DNA of 63,025 nucleotides, the filler included, from Rhabdomonas costata (taxonomy: Eukaryota): assembly GCA_019059605.1 (NCBI GenBank). It is 26 parts of 26 records of this genome, joined end to end, with 100 filler letters (N's around TTAATTAATTAA, not from the genome) between each part and the next. Parts side by side here need not be neighbours in the genome. Positions count along the whole stretch, not along the records: positions 60,700 to 63,025 come from JAHMHO010004018.1; 25 more parts are not named here. One strand, 5' to 3'. A model generated the notes under the pieces. It was not told the origin of the DNA and ran no database searches. It saw nothing but the letters and a program-made list of their open reading frames with translations. Positions 61,297 through 63,025 of this stretch are shown piece by piece; position 1 is the first letter of the stretch, and the number at the start of each line of letters is the position of its first letter. The translations under genes were made by a program, and so were the position numbers.

Positions 61297-63025
61297 GGGT
61301 ATGATGCTGACTTTGCTTTGTTTGCATTTTGCTTCATTGTGCTTTGCTTATTGTTATAGCTGGACGCGTAATTTATCTTTCTGCTGAAGCTGTTGTGAAC
61401 CGAATCTACTGTAGGAGTTGAAATTGAATCATTTGGGTGCTTACCGTTTGTCGAGTGCAACATCTTTTGTGATCGCGTTTTTCTCAGGTGGTGTGTGATC
61501 CTGGGTTCTCGCGGGGTAACCCCCTGTTCCGCTTTTTTCTTTCACTTGACCCCACTGGTTTCCTTGTGACCCCCCATCCTCTTCAGTAGTGTATGATACT
61601 TGCGGATTGGGCGTTCTCCAGCTCGAATGATTCGGCAGTGTTGGAGATGACCACGTCCCCAAGTTGTATAGTGTTATGTCGCGCTTGTCTCGCAGGGGGG
61701 TATCGACAGGGTTGGCGTCCCGTTGTATTTCTTCTTCTTCTTTCTTCTTCTTTTTGTTGCCTTTTCAAAGTGGTTTCATGGCTAACCGTGCCCTTTTCCG
61801 CGTTCGTCATCAGCTTTGCGCTTTTCTCTCTTTCTTTTTGCGTAGAACGCGGCTGTGTGTCCTTCTGCACCCGCCTCTGTTAGGGTGTGTAAATACGTTG
61901 TGGCCATATCCCCCAGTTGGTTTGCAGGCCTCTTCCATATCGCTTCGGTGAAACGGTCAGGCGGTGGGGTGGCAATACTATGATGGGATGCGGCTCTCAT
62001 GACATGCTCTCCGCGTGAATTTAAGATATGGTTAAAAATGGCAATTGCTTTGTTTTACCTGCCTTGTTTCTTCTCAAGGCCAATGATCCGTCTGTCAGGT
62101 CCCTTGATTTTTTTGGAAGCCATCTTAGAATTTCGCAGTTCGAGATTCCTCCATTTTATTTTTATTATAGGTGCGGTTCTGCTGCTGCTTTGCTTAGAAT
62201 CAGCGCATGAGCGAGAAGAGGAGGAAGTTGAGGATTTCCTTTGAGTTCAGGTTGCTTCTGCTATTGGCCTGTGAAGTGCTAGAGTGAGAAACTTGACTGG
62301 TGACATTCTGAGTTATCTTTATCTCAGCGTTGTTTCTTCTCTCATTTTTCTTTTCTTTTCCTTTGCTTTGGGCTTGTGCGCGTGGCTTCACCGCCACCAT
62401 GTCATGCGTGCAGCTGTGAATTCTTCAGTTCATCCTCAACCGGCATGCAGCCTTCCCTCCCTCTTTCCAGAACGAAATAGCACTTTTGATGGGGTGGGAG
62501 CTGTTTACGGAGGAGCTGCGTTCTCATCTGTAGAGAACACCGAGCTAAAATGTCCGATAGAACAGTGCGATGTTTTCTGCTACTGTTATTGTTCAGAAAA
62601 CAAGTGCTCGTCCGAGCCTCTTTAGTTTTTTTTTTGGGGGGGGGGACTTTAAATCTTGAGCACTGACAAGCGGTCAATACTTTCCCAACCCCTTGAAGTA
62701 AATGATGTCTTTCTAGGGGGCAGCGGAACAGCATGGCTAATCTCATTTTTCTAAAATAAATGCATTCAGAAGAACTAGACACAGTTTCCCTCACCCCCGT
62801 GCCCTAAAAATTACATCCCCCAAAATGTGTCTGATTCGGACGTTTAGGACCTCTAAACGGAGGTCGCCCACCCCATGGAACCTTCCAACCCATCCGCCCG
62901 CTCCGCGCTGCGAACTGGCCTCCGCGGCTTTGGCCTTCGCTCCGGAAGTAATCTGGTGCCATTTTCGTGCCAAAGCCCAGTAAAACGATTAGCAATGCAA
63001 AACTTTTAGCGCCCCCCCCACCACC

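Noticed and set aside
1-63025. tRNA, rRNA or snRNA genes
   Set aside because: None recognised by eye. A covariance-model scan would be needed to exclude divergent ones.

Overview
This window is not one continuous locus. It is 26 unrelated contigs of about 2.33 kb each, joined by artificial N44-TTAATTAATTAA-N44 spacers, so adjacency across a spacer means nothing. Most contig ends carry G/T-only (5') or C/A-only (3') tails typical of whole-genome-amplification primers. The DNA is from an intron-rich eukaryote. A euglenid/euglenozoan protist is my inference, based on a bacterial-type receptor adenylate cyclase, CRE-like retroposons, IFT52, weak GT/GC donors and a possible spliced-leader relic. 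Recognisable gene fragments: LamG/cadherin-like surface protein, DUF229 sulfatase-fold protein, AANAT-like GNAT, PIKfyve/Fab1, importin-4/5, CIPK-like kinase tail, IFT52, Oxa1/Cox18, ankyrin protein, SDT1-like HAD nucleotidase, DEAD-box helicase, Sec8, class III adenylate cyclase, GST, ThiE, nocturnin, Kelch protein and a FAMeT-domain protein. There are also several decayed Ty3/gypsy and non-LTR retroelements. The most unusual signals are: (1) an array of hairpin-occluded tRNA-iMet primer-binding-site-like motifs in front of a gag-like ORF (24590-24955); (2) a non-coding foldback element (31574-33902) with a dispersed relative at about 59940-60590; (3) two IFT52 exons in reversed genomic order (17065-17513), which may be an amplification chimera. 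Protein family calls come from my recognition of motifs, not from database searches.
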